This document shows, piece after piece, positions 35,987 through 44,427 of a stretch of 64,000 nucleotides of DNA. The DNA is taken from assembly GCA_016198905.1 (NCBI GenBank), contig JACQHR010000013.1, positions 70,153 to 134,152 of the forward strand, read 5' to 3'. Position numbers and translations under genes: made by a program. Position 1 is the stretch's first letter. The number at the start of each line of letters is the position of its first letter. Source of the stretch: Candidatus Omnitrophota bacterium. GTDB taxonomy: Bacteria > Omnitrophota > Gorgyraeia > Aquiviventales > Aquiviventaceae. The notes below the pieces were generated by a model, which saw only the letters and a list, made by a program, of their open reading frames with translations, searched no databases and was not told the DNA's origin.

Positions 35987-36008
35987 TATATTCGCATATT
36001 AGCATATA
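35987..36008. promoter_or_regulatory. candidate ArsR operator (22-bp imperfect palindrome)
   Basis: tatattcgcatattagcatata sits just upstream of the AGGAGG RBS of the 35636..35968 gene. Confidence 0.35.
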
Positions 36009-36063
36009 ACGATGAAGCGGTTCTGTCAAGAGCCGGACGGAAAGGTACAGAACGAGGGAAGAG

Positions 36064-36408
36064 TTATTCCTTGCCGAGGGTGGCAAGGACGCGTTCAGAT
36101 TCCTTGAACTTCTTGTGCAGCATCATCGCAACGGGCCGGAGGATTCTGAAGATGTCGTGGTCGCGAATCGCGTAGTAGACGGTGGTGCGCTCCTGGCGGG
36201 AGGTGAGGATCCCGGCCTCCCGGAGGGCCAGGAGATGTCGAGAGAGGGTAGACTGCTCGACGCCGAGCGCCTTGACGAGAACCCCAACGCTTTTCTCCCC
36301 GTGCTTGAGGACCTCGACGACCTTGAGGCGAACCGGATAGCTCAAGGCCCGCAGGAAATCCGCCTTGACCTTGTAAACCATGTCCTCCATCAGAGCCCTG
36401 TCCTTCAT
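36064..36408 (-). CDS. ArsR/SmtB family transcriptional regulator
   Basis: 114 aa. SYPVRLKVVEVL...SVGVLVKALGVEQSTLSRHLLALREAGIL. Confidence 0.8.
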   Translation of the reverse strand: MKDRALMEDMVYKVKADFLRALSYPVRLKVVEVLKHGEKSVGVLVKALGVEQSTLSRHLLALREAGILTSRQERTTVYYAIRDHDIFRILRPVAMMLHKKFKESERVLATLGKE

Positions 36409-36533
36409 CGTCCTCCTATCATAGCTGGTGGCTTGCGGGAGTCAATGGCAGGGACAGCAACCAGGGCAGCACGGCTCCTAACTGAGGGACGAACGCTCAC
36501 ATGGACACGCAAGGCGGCACCCGCAGGCGCGCG

Positions 36534-37892
36534 TCATTTAGAGCTCCTATCAAAATACCGCGCGAGCCGCGTTGCGTGCGCCCGGGCCTCTCGGCCAAGG
36601 CGCGACGACGACGGCGTAGTCGCAGCACTACGCCAAGGAGGAGCAACGCCGGCCGCGGGCCCGGCCGCCGCAACCCATGGGCCGACAGCGGGCTGGGCCG
36701 ATCTGTGGCGCTGCGCGGCGTTGCTCGTGCTTCGACTTCGCTCAGCACGAGTCCCGAGCGAAGTCGAGGGACTCGTCGCTCGCGTACTCGTCTGCGCGTA
36801 CGCCACGCTCCTCGCGCCTTGCGAGCCTCGCACCTCGGCCCAGCGCGGCCGCGGGGTATTTTGATAGGAGCTCTTATAGCGTCCGGCGGCAAAGCGTCGC
36901 AAATGTTTGACGTGGAGGGCGAAGTTAAGGCCGACGGTGACGCCTTGTGGAGCCATGCCGAAGGTGTTCATGCCGATCACTTCGTTGGCGGCATTGAGGA
37001 GCGGGCCTCCGCTATTGCCCGGATTGATGGACGCATCCGTCTGGATCCAGGTCATGTCCTCGAACTCTCGCTCGCTCATCGACTCCCCCGGTACTGCCAC
37101 GTAGGGAACGTGCATCTGGAAATTCGTCCGGATCGCGCTGACGATCCCTTGGGAAACCGTCACGGATAACCCGAAGGGGTTGCCGATCGCCTTCACCTCA
37201 TCGCCGACCTTCAGGCCTTTCTCTGAGGCCAGATGCAAATAATCCGGCGTGCTCGCGTGAATGGCAATCAGCGCCATATCGTAATAGGGACTCGTTTTCA
37301 GCACCGTCGCACTGTATTCCCTCGCCTCTTTGAAGCGCGAGACGCGTTCTTCGGCAAGGACCACAGTGATCGTCTTCATGCCGTTGACGACATGATAGTT
37401 GGTCAAGATGATGCCGTGCGGATTGATGATGATGCCGCTGGCCGCCCCTTGGCCGCCGTCGGCGGTGACCAGCTTGATGGTGGCGACGCCTTTGATGGCT
37501 TGAGCGAGCGTGACCTCCGGCGCTGCGGCGACAGACGATGCGGCCCGTGATTTGGCGGCGGTGTCGTCGGTTAGCGGCGCGCTCGATGGAGAAGGAGGAA
37601 GATTCGCAGGCTCTGGCGGTGCCGTGTCAGGCGGGGGTGTCGTCTCCGGCGTAGTCACGGGTGTCTCAGGCGGCTGCGGCGCATCCTCGATCACGCGCAC
37701 CTCTCCTGGAGCAAAACTCATCGTCCCAAACTCGAACTGCACCACCACCTCGCGAGCGTCCTGCGTGACGATCGTCCCGGGAAGAGTTGTGCCATCCTTG
37801 AGACGGATGCGGCTGGCACTCACCGGCATCGCCCACACGCAGAGCAGGCTCAGGGCAAGGAGCGCTCTTCTCATTATCCGCTCACCAGACAA
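36534..37892 (-). CDS. trypsin-like (S1C/HtrA-type) serine protease, no PDZ, with element-encoded C-terminal extension
   Basis: Signal peptide. TNYHVV, YDMALI and GNSGGPLL catalytic-triad contexts. The last 112 codons are translated from the MITE-like element. Confidence 0.75.
   Translation of the reverse strand: MSGERIMRRALLALSLLCVWAMPVSASRIRLKDGTTLPGTIVTQDAREVVVQFEFGTMSFAPGEVRVIEDAPQPPETPVTTPETTPPPDTAPPEPANLPPSPSSAPLTDDTAAKSRAASSVAAAPEVTLAQAIKGVATIKLVTADGGQGAASGIIINPHGIILTNYHVVNGMKTITVVLAEERVSRFKEAREYSATVLKTSPYYDMALIAIHASTPDYLHLASEKGLKVGDEVKAIGNPFGLSVTVSQGIVSAIRTNFQMHVPYVAVPGESMSEREFEDMTWIQTDASINPGNSGGPLLNAANEVIGMNTFGMAPQGVTVGLNFALHVKHLRRFAAGRYKSSYQNTPRPRWAEVRGSQGARSVAYAQTSTRATSPSTSLGTRAERSRSTSNAAQRHRSAQPAVGPWVAAAGPAAGVAPPWRSAATTPSSSRLGREARAHATRLARYFDRSSK
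36541..36873. mobile_element. 333-bp non-autonomous (MITE-like) element with 19-bp perfect terminal inverted repeats and a TTA duplication
   Basis: Left end GAGCTCCTATCAAAATACC; right end GGTATTTTGATAGGAGCTC. TTA at 36538..36540 and 36874..36876. Interior full of hairpins. No transposase. Confidence 0.6.
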
Positions 37893-39024
37893 TAAATGTT
37901 TTCGCGATCGCCCAGTAGGCTTCCAGCAGCGGGTTCACGACATAGCGGATCACCGGATGACGTCGCCAGACTCCCGCGATTCCACCGGCAAAGTGTTTCA
38001 CGATCTGTGCGTCTGTCCGGATGCGCAGCTGCCGCACGTGCCGCCGATGCGCCAGAATGGTCCGCCACGTGCGCCCCTTGAGCAATTCGCGAACCGCGCG
38101 CCACTGCGCCCTGCCCCATCCATGGGCGATGAAGTAGACGCTCAGCAGCGCTTCCGCCACGAGCAAACACGGGGCTGTCACCGCCAGCGTGCGCCACTTC
38201 TCCAGCGCCAGGAGCGTCATCCACCGATTGCGCTGAAAATAATAGAGCCAGACCGATGGGTCGCGATACGCGTGCTTATGATAGCAGATCGAGCGATGGG
38301 CTAACCCGATGTTATAGCCTGCGAGCCTCGCCCGCCAGCAAAACTCCACATCATCGTAGTACATGAAGTACTCGTCCCGGAACAACCCGATGCGCTCGAA
38401 GACTTCGCGCCTGACCAGCATCGCCGCACCGCTGGCGGCATCCGGCGCGGTTGTGGAGGGCTGCCATGTGCGCGGCTCGCCATACCCCTGGCAGTACCCG
38501 TAGCCGAGGTAGTGGATGCGATTGCCGCACGAGTTGATCTGCGAGGTGCCATGCAAGAGGATCGTCGACTGCCAGATGTGCGTCTGCGGCGAGGCCTCCG
38601 CCGCCTCGATGAGCCGCGCGAGCCAATCCGGCTCCACCACCGTATCGACGTTCAACAGGACGAGGTAGTCAAATCCCTCGTCGAGGGCCACACGGATGGC
38701 GGTGTTGTTCCCGCCCGACCATCCCAGGTTGAGGCTGTTGTGCAGGAGTCGAGCCTGCCGGGCGACGTGACGGGTGAGGTGCCGGTTCTCCTCGCTCACG
38801 CCATTCGTCACCACGAAAACGGTGAACAAATCCGTGGCGTAGGTTTGCGCGTACAGACTGGCATAGCATGCCGCTAAGTAGCGCGGTGTATAGTCTCCTG
38901 AGCTGACCAGAATCACGGCGACGCGCGCATGCCGGATACGCAGGGTCGTAGGGTCGTCACACGGCAGATGAGGTGTCGACGCCGTCAGCGGCTCAAGCAC
39001 GGGTGTGGCCGGCACAACACTCAT
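37882..39024 (-). CDS. glycosyltransferase family 2 protein
   Basis: 380 aa. VAVILVSSGD..., NLGWSGGNN and LLNVDTVVEPDW (DxD-like) motifs. C-terminal hydrophobic helices. Confidence 0.8.
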   Translation of the reverse strand: MSVVPATPVLEPLTASTPHLPCDDPTTLRIRHARVAVILVSSGDYTPRYLAACYASLYAQTYATDLFTVFVVTNGVSEENRHLTRHVARQARLLHNSLNLGWSGGNNTAIRVALDEGFDYLVLLNVDTVVEPDWLARLIEAAEASPQTHIWQSTILLHGTSQINSCGNRIHYLGYGYCQGYGEPRTWQPSTTAPDAASGAAMLVRREVFERIGLFRDEYFMYYDDVEFCWRARLAGYNIGLAHRSICYHKHAYRDPSVWLYYFQRNRWMTLLALEKWRTLAVTAPCLLVAEALLSVYFIAHGWGRAQWRAVRELLKGRTWRTILAHRRHVRQLRIRTDAQIVKHFAGGIAGVWRRHPVIRYVVNPLLEAYWAIAKTFIVW

Positions 39025-40928
39025 CCTTCCGGTATGGCGCGCCGGCGAAGCCGCTCAAGATTGCGCCGAGCACCTGTATGTGTGGGATCGAGCGCCAGGG
39101 CCTGCGCATAATGCGCCTGGGCTTCTTCGACATGGCCCTCCAACATGAGGACATTGCCCCAGTTATTGTGGGCATCCGGCAAGCGTGGTTCGAGTCGCAG
39201 CGCATCGGCATATTGGGCGATTGCCTCGTTGCCTCGTCCTTGGGTGGCCAACGCATTGCCGAGATTATAGTGCACGCCGGCGGTGCGGGGTTTGAGCGCC
39301 AGCGCGCGGGCGAATTGGTTTGCGGCCTCCGGGGCGCGTCCCTGGCGCAGGAGGGCCACACCAAGATTGTTATAGGCCTCCGCGTAGCGCGGAGCCAGCC
39401 GGATGGCCTCGCGATAGTGCGCGATGGCGTCGTCGAGCTTTCCGATCTGCACGAGCGAGGCGCCGACATTATTGTGCGTCTCGGCATCGGTCGGTTTGAG
39501 CCGCAGCGCTTCGATGTAGTGCGCCATCGCTGCGTCATGCTGACCGCTCTGAGCTAAAGCGAACCCAAGATTCGCATGCGCCCGCGCATTGGCGGGACGC
39601 TTGCGCACCACATCGCTCCACATCACCAATGCTGACCGATAGTCTTGGTTGCGACGCGCGGTGCCGACGGCGAAGACGATCGCGACTCCGCTCACCATGA
39701 TGCACCCGATGCCCCATCGCGCGCGAGGAGGTGTTCGCCACGCACACGTCAGCAGCGCATGACCGCCGAAGACGACCAAGGCCACGACGCCGATGAGCGG
39801 CAGATACATGCGGTGCTCCGCCGCCAGATCGGTGACAGAAATCACGCTGGACGTCGGCACCAAGATCAGCAAGACCCAGAGCCAGAGAAACGCCGGCGGT
39901 GGGCGACGACGCCACGTCCAGATCGCCACTCCCCAGAGCCCTGCGACCACGAGCCCTGGAAGCACAATCGCCGGCAGCGTCCTGGCGATCGGCCAATCGT
40001 AATCGAAGACGAGCGGCGATGGCCAGAGGGCGAGCCGCAGGTAGTGGAGGATCACGCCGGGCTGTGTGACCGCGTAGTCGAACCACGCGACGTCTTTCAG
40101 TGCAAATCCCGCCGTCGGCTCCGGCATCGTCGGCGCGCTGGCCAGCAAGAGTGCCAGCCACACCCAGCTTCCGAATAATCCAAGATAGAGAAAGCGTCGC
40201 TGACGCCAGGCGCTGCGCCATGATCCGGCAAGGAACACGCGATCGTAGAGCCCCACGATGAGCGGAGCGATTACCATGACCGCTTTGCTGGCCATGCCGG
40301 CACAGCAGGATAGGACCGCGGCGGCGTACCAGACGCGTGCGTGCGGCGTTTCGGCCCCTCGCACCACGCAATAAAGAGTCGTGAGCAAGAAAACCCCCGC
40401 GAGCAGCTCCGCGCGCTGGATGATGTACGTGACACTCTGCGTCAGCAACGGATGCACCACCCACAGGAGCGCGACGGCAAGCGCCAGCCAGGAGGCCGAG
40501 CGTCCATACCGCGCGCGCAGCGTCGAGGTCAGGAGCGTGCGCCGGATGAGGCCGAACAGAATCAACGCGCTCAGTAGATGGATCGCCAGGTTCACGAGGT
40601 GGTAGCTGACGACGTGTTCGCCGGCGAGCGCATAATTGAGCGCCAGCGAGAGCATCACCACGGGCCTCGCGGCATCGACGCGCAGCACCTCCCACAGCGG
40701 CCACAGGTGGCGGATCGCGGGATTGCGCAGCACCCACAAGGTGTCGTCGAAGAGAAACGGACAGGAGAGGCTATTGAGGTACGCGGCGATGCCTGCCACA
40801 ATGATGAGCCACGGTAGAGCCGCGCGAACCCGCGGCGACGGCTCAGGCATGTTGGGGTTATGTGCCGCGGCTGCGGACATCGGTCTATGACGCGACGCGC
40901 GCCGAAGCGCGCATCGAAGTGGTGGCAT
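39021..40928 (-). CDS. polytopic membrane protein with C-terminal TPR repeats (GT-C / TMTC/PMT-like)
   Basis: 635 aa. About 11 TM with an early FDD motif (CPFLFDDTLWV), then about 6 TPR units (AHxNLGxAL...). Confidence 0.7.
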   Translation of the reverse strand: MPPLRCALRRASRHRPMSAAAAHNPNMPEPSPRVRAALPWLIIVAGIAAYLNSLSCPFLFDDTLWVLRNPAIRHLWPLWEVLRVDAARPVVMLSLALNYALAGEHVVSYHLVNLAIHLLSALILFGLIRRTLLTSTLRARYGRSASWLALAVALLWVVHPLLTQSVTYIIQRAELLAGVFLLTTLYCVVRGAETPHARVWYAAAVLSCCAGMASKAVMVIAPLIVGLYDRVFLAGSWRSAWRQRRFLYLGLFGSWVWLALLLASAPTMPEPTAGFALKDVAWFDYAVTQPGVILHYLRLALWPSPLVFDYDWPIARTLPAIVLPGLVVAGLWGVAIWTWRRRPPPAFLWLWVLLILVPTSSVISVTDLAAEHRMYLPLIGVVALVVFGGHALLTCAWRTPPRARWGIGCIMVSGVAIVFAVGTARRNQDYRSALVMWSDVVRKRPANARAHANLGFALAQSGQHDAAMAHYIEALRLKPTDAETHNNVGASLVQIGKLDDAIAHYREAIRLAPRYAEAYNNLGVALLRQGRAPEAANQFARALALKPRTAGVHYNLGNALATQGRGNEAIAQYADALRLEPRLPDAHNNWGNVLMLEGHVEEAQAHYAQALALDPTHTGARRNLERLRRRAIPEG

Positions 40929-40936
40929 GAAAGGTC

Positions 40937-41374
40937 GTGGTGTCGGCGAAATCCCTGGCGTACAATACGCTATCAGTGTTCGCGCGGCGCGCGCGACAAC
41001 CCGTCACGAAAGGATCGTCCATGGAACCGATGTCGTCCTCGCCCACCTGCCCGCTCTGCGGCACCCTGCGCGTCTCGGGTGCGACCACATGCAGCCACTG
41101 CGGACTCGAATCGAAACCCTCCGCCGTCCGACCTGCGCGTCCCGCGAGCCAATGGTATCACAATTTCTGGATCGTGCTGGCGATGATCTTATTCGTCCTG
41201 GGACCGCTGGCGCTGCCGATGGTGTGGAAGAACCCGACGCTGTCGCGGGGCACGCAGTGGGTCCTCACCTTCTTTGCCCTCGCGTACACGGTCATTCTGG
41301 TGGTCGTCACGATGCGCATCGTGCAGGCGGCCATGGGGGAATTCGGCCAGATCAATAGCCTTTTCGCGTACTGA
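40937..41374 (+). CDS. zinc-ribbon membrane protein, hypothetical
   Basis: CPLCG...CSHCG followed by two TM helices. The stop overlaps the next start (TGATG). Confidence 0.45.
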   Translation: MVSAKSLAYNTLSVFARRARQPVTKGSSMEPMSSSPTCPLCGTLRVSGATTCSHCGLESKPSAVRPARPASQWYHNFWIVLAMILFVLGPLALPMVWKNPTLSRGTQWVLTFFALAYTVILVVVTMRIVQAAMGEFGQINSLFAY

Positions 41375-42153
41375 TGCGTCGCAGCGCCGTGCTGGGCATG
41401 TTGGTGCTCGCTGGCTGCGTGCGCAGCAATTTCAATTTGGCCACGCAACAGCAAGAGTACACGATGACCTCCACCGACAAGGAGGTCGCGATGGGGCGAA
41501 AACTGGTTCGGCGCGTGCTGAAGGAACTGCCGCTGGTCGCCGACGAAGCGCTCCAACAGAAAGTCCGCACGATCGGGGCGCGCCTGGCCGCAGTCTGTGA
41601 TCGACAGGAGCTCATCTATAGCTTCGCGGTCGTCCAGGATCCCGAGGTGAATGCGTTTTCCCTGCCCGGCGGCTACGTCTTCATCAATGAGGGTTTGACG
41701 AAGAAGGTGACCAACGACAATGAACTTGCCGCCGTCATCGCGCACGAGATTGCCCATATCGCCGCGCGGCACGCCGTCAAGCGTTATGAAAGCGCCTTAG
41801 GCTTGCAGCTCGTGCAATTGGCCACAGTCGCGACACGGCAAGGCGAGGCCGCACAGGGCATCACGGTCGCAGCCCAAGCGGCACAATTGGCGTACGCCAG
41901 GGACGATGAACTCGAAGCGGATAAGCTGGCGGTGAAGTATCTCAAAGCGGCGGAATTCGATCCGACGGCAATCCTGTCATTCCTGAACACGCTGCACACC
42001 CTCGATCAGGAAAAGAGCCACTATCTGCCGCGCGGCGTGGTGCGCCCGCAGTACGCGCTCACGCATCCGTACGTGCCGGAGCGCTTGCGAGCGGTCAAAG
42101 AAGCGCTCTATGGCGTCGCCGACTATATGGACTACCTCAATACTCCAGACTGA
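41374..42153 (+). CDS. M48 family metallopeptidase (lipoprotein)
   Basis: LVLAGC lipobox, HEIAHIAARH zinc motif, downstream ELEADK. Confidence 0.8.
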   Translation: MRRSAVLGMLVLAGCVRSNFNLATQQQEYTMTSTDKEVAMGRKLVRRVLKELPLVADEALQQKVRTIGARLAAVCDRQELIYSFAVVQDPEVNAFSLPGGYVFINEGLTKKVTNDNELAAVIAHEIAHIAARHAVKRYESALGLQLVQLATVATRQGEAAQGITVAAQAAQLAYARDDELEADKLAVKYLKAAEFDPTAILSFLNTLHTLDQEKSHYLPRGVVRPQYALTHPYVPERLRAVKEALYGVADYMDYLNTPD

Positions 42154-42156
42154 GTT

Positions 42157-42240
42157 TGGGGTAAGAGACACGGGGCGTGGGGCGCGGAAAACTGTTTGTC
42201 GAGGATGCGCTCGTCCCCTGTCTCCCGTCCCCTGCCCCGG
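42157..42240. repeat. G-run / C-run inverted heptad arrays between convergent genes
   Basis: ggggtaa gagacac ggggcgt ggggcgc ... cgtcccc tgtctcc cgtcccc tgccccg. Confidence 0.5.
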
Positions 42241-42243
42241 AGT

Positions 42244-42429
42244 CTATTGTTCGGACACCAGCTTACCCGCCATGGCCCAGTCGGAGCGCTTCACGTCTCG
42301 AAAGACGATCCAGACTTGGTCCTTTGACACCTTGGCGATGTCGACGAACGCGTTCGTGAGCGCCTCGGCGAGCTGCGTTTTCTGAACCTGCGTGCGGCCC
42401 TCCAGCCACTCCACGGTAATCATCGGCAT
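42244..42429 (-). CDS. 4-oxalocrotonate tautomerase family protein
   Basis: 61 aa. The MPMITVEW N-terminus (catalytic Pro after Met removal) is typical of the family. Confidence 0.8.
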   Translation of the reverse strand: MPMITVEWLEGRTQVQKTQLAEALTNAFVDIAKVSKDQVWIVFRDVKRSDWAMAGKLVSEQ

Positions 42430-42466
42430 GGATGCGATCCTCCTTCTTGCCTGCCCGTGACCGGTG

Positions 42467-43864
42467 TCAGGTCACGAGTGATTCGATTTCCGGTAGACGC
42501 CGCGGCCGCACATGCGCCTGCCGCAATGCCGCGCGCAATTCGCCGGCCAGAAACAACGAACCGGTCACCACGATGACGTCCTGAGACGAGACGGCGTTGA
42601 GCAAATACGTGTAGGCATCAATGGGATCGCTCATCACGTGGACGTCATGGCAGAAGGGATACAGCCGCGTCGCAAGCTCCGTGGGGTCAAGCGCACGGGG
42701 GTGGCGGCTCTTCGTGCAGGTCACACTCACCGCTATCCGGCCGATGATCTTGCCCACGTCCTCGATGGATTTATCCTCAGACATGCCCATCAGCAGGTGG
42801 ATCGTGCGGCCCTGACAGAATTCCTCGAGCGTCTCGCGCAAGGCCTGTGCCGCATGCGGATTGTGCGCCCCGTCGATGAACACGAGGGGGACATCGCTCA
42901 CCACTTCCAGACGTCCCGGCCACTGCGCGCTGATGAGTCCTCGCTCCACCAACCCATAGGGCACGCCGGTGTCGGAGAGCGCTTCGAGGGCCGCGATCGC
43001 CAGCGCGGCGTTCGACGCCTGGTGCCGCCCGATCAGCGGCACGTGCAACGAGTCATAGCGTCCGCGTAGGCCGGTGATCGAGATCCGCGATCCCTCGAGC
43101 GATGACTCGTGAATCGTCACGCCAACATCGATCCCGCAGACGGTGAGTGGCACACCCTGCGCGTCGCACACCGTGCGCAGCACATCCAGCACCGGTTCTT
43201 GCTGCGGCGCGCTGAGGACCACCTGATTCGCTTTGATGATGCCGGACTTTTCATAGGCGATCTTCACCGGGTCATTGCCTAACACATCCGCATGATCCAC
43301 GTCGATCGGGCCGAGCACCGAAATTGCCTGGTCGACGATGTTCGTCGCATCCAATCGGCCGCCCAGGCCGACCTCCAACACCGCGATCTCCACGCCGATG
43401 CGGCTGAAGTGCAGCAGTGCAGCGGCGGTCATGACCTCGAAGTACGTCGGCGCGCCAAGCGACTCGTCGCGCATCGCCTCCGCGCACGAGGCCACGCGTT
43501 CGATGATCGCGGCCACGTCCGCCTCGCTGATCCAATCGTCTTGATGGGCCCGCTCTGCTTGCGGCCCGCGCGTCCACGCCCGGATGCGCTCCCGCAGATG
43601 CTCAACGTGCGGCGACGTGTAGAGGCCCGCGCGCAGCGAGCTTTCCCGCAGCATCGAGTAGAGCAGCGCGCAGATCGAGCCTTTCCCGTTCGTGCCGGTC
43701 ACGACGACCGAACGAAAGCGCCGCTGGGGATCGCCGAGTTTCTGGCAGAGCCGCCGCATGCGCGTGAGCTTTACCTCGCGCATCGCCTGCGGATCATGGC
43801 AGCGCTCGTAGTTGACGAGCGATTCGAGATACTGCACGGCGTCCTGATACGTCATGCCTGACAC
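42467..43864 (-). CDS. folC: bifunctional folylpolyglutamate synthase / dihydrofolate synthase
   Basis: 465 aa. VTGTNGKGS P-loop and Mur-ligase-type middle and C-terminal domains. Confidence 0.9.
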   Translation of the reverse strand: MSGMTYQDAVQYLESLVNYERCHDPQAMREVKLTRMRRLCQKLGDPQRRFRSVVVTGTNGKGSICALLYSMLRESSLRAGLYTSPHVEHLRERIRAWTRGPQAERAHQDDWISEADVAAIIERVASCAEAMRDESLGAPTYFEVMTAAALLHFSRIGVEIAVLEVGLGGRLDATNIVDQAISVLGPIDVDHADVLGNDPVKIAYEKSGIIKANQVVLSAPQQEPVLDVLRTVCDAQGVPLTVCGIDVGVTIHESSLEGSRISITGLRGRYDSLHVPLIGRHQASNAALAIAALEALSDTGVPYGLVERGLISAQWPGRLEVVSDVPLVFIDGAHNPHAAQALRETLEEFCQGRTIHLLMGMSEDKSIEDVGKIIGRIAVSVTCTKSRHPRALDPTELATRLYPFCHDVHVMSDPIDAYTYLLNAVSSQDVIVVTGSLFLAGELRAALRQAHVRPRRLPEIESLVT

Positions 43865-43886
43865 GCCTTCACGCCTCGTCGTGGTC

Positions 43887-44426
43887 TCATGATGGGGGCT
43901 GCCGGCGGCGCCATTGCTCCAAGATCCGCCGCAGATCGCCTTCGGCGGATCGGATCACCAACGCCCCGACGAGCATCAGCACGGAAAACTGCCAGGCTTC
44001 CTCCGGCCCGACGACGAGTCCCGTGGTGATGTCCTCGGCCATCGTCAGCTGTTTCGTGAACCGCTCAATCGCCTGCTGCAACGAACCCTCGAGGAGATCC
44101 AGCGAGGAGACGGCGTGATGATACTTCAGCGACGGGAATCGAATGCCGCGCACGAGCAGGAACGTGGCGACCGTGTCATCGCTCACGTGCAACTCGCCCT
44201 CGAAGTCGAAGCCCTCGAACTGCGGCGAGAAATTCGGCAGCACGATCGAGGGATGCTCGATCAGCACCTGTCCTCTGCGAACGACGGTATCCCCCGGGTT
44301 GACGGACGACTCGGCCAGGAAGACGTACGGGACGACCGTCGTCTCCACAGTCGAGAGATCCTGCATCCGCATGCGGTGCAGTTCGGTGCGCTTGCGCGCC
44401 TGATCCCACAACGCTTGGATATCCAT
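43887..44426 (-). CDS. hypothetical protein
   Basis: 179-aa ORF packed between purH and folC. No motif recognised. Confidence 0.45.
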   Translation of the reverse strand: MDIQALWDQARKRTELHRMRMQDLSTVETTVVPYVFLAESSVNPGDTVVRRGQVLIEHPSIVLPNFSPQFEGFDFEGELHVSDDTVATFLLVRGIRFPSLKYHHAVSSLDLLEGSLQQAIERFTKQLTMAEDITTGLVVGPEEAWQFSVLMLVGALVIRSAEGDLRRILEQWRRRQPPS

Positions 44427-44427
44427 C

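Noticed and set aside
36733-36774. H-type pseudoknot topology inside the MITE-like element (cgacttcgctc/gagcgaagtcg interleaved with gagtccc/gggactc)
   Set aside because: A single-nucleotide connector cannot span an 11-bp stem. These are more plausibly two mutually exclusive hairpins or nested DNA repeats.
36115-37169. ORFs 36115..36864, 36497..36892 and 36501..37169 as a possible transposase of the element
   Set aside because: All are open simply because the element is very GC-rich. They are mutually overlapping in several frames, have low-complexity Arg/Ala/Pro composition and no DDE or HTH motifs.
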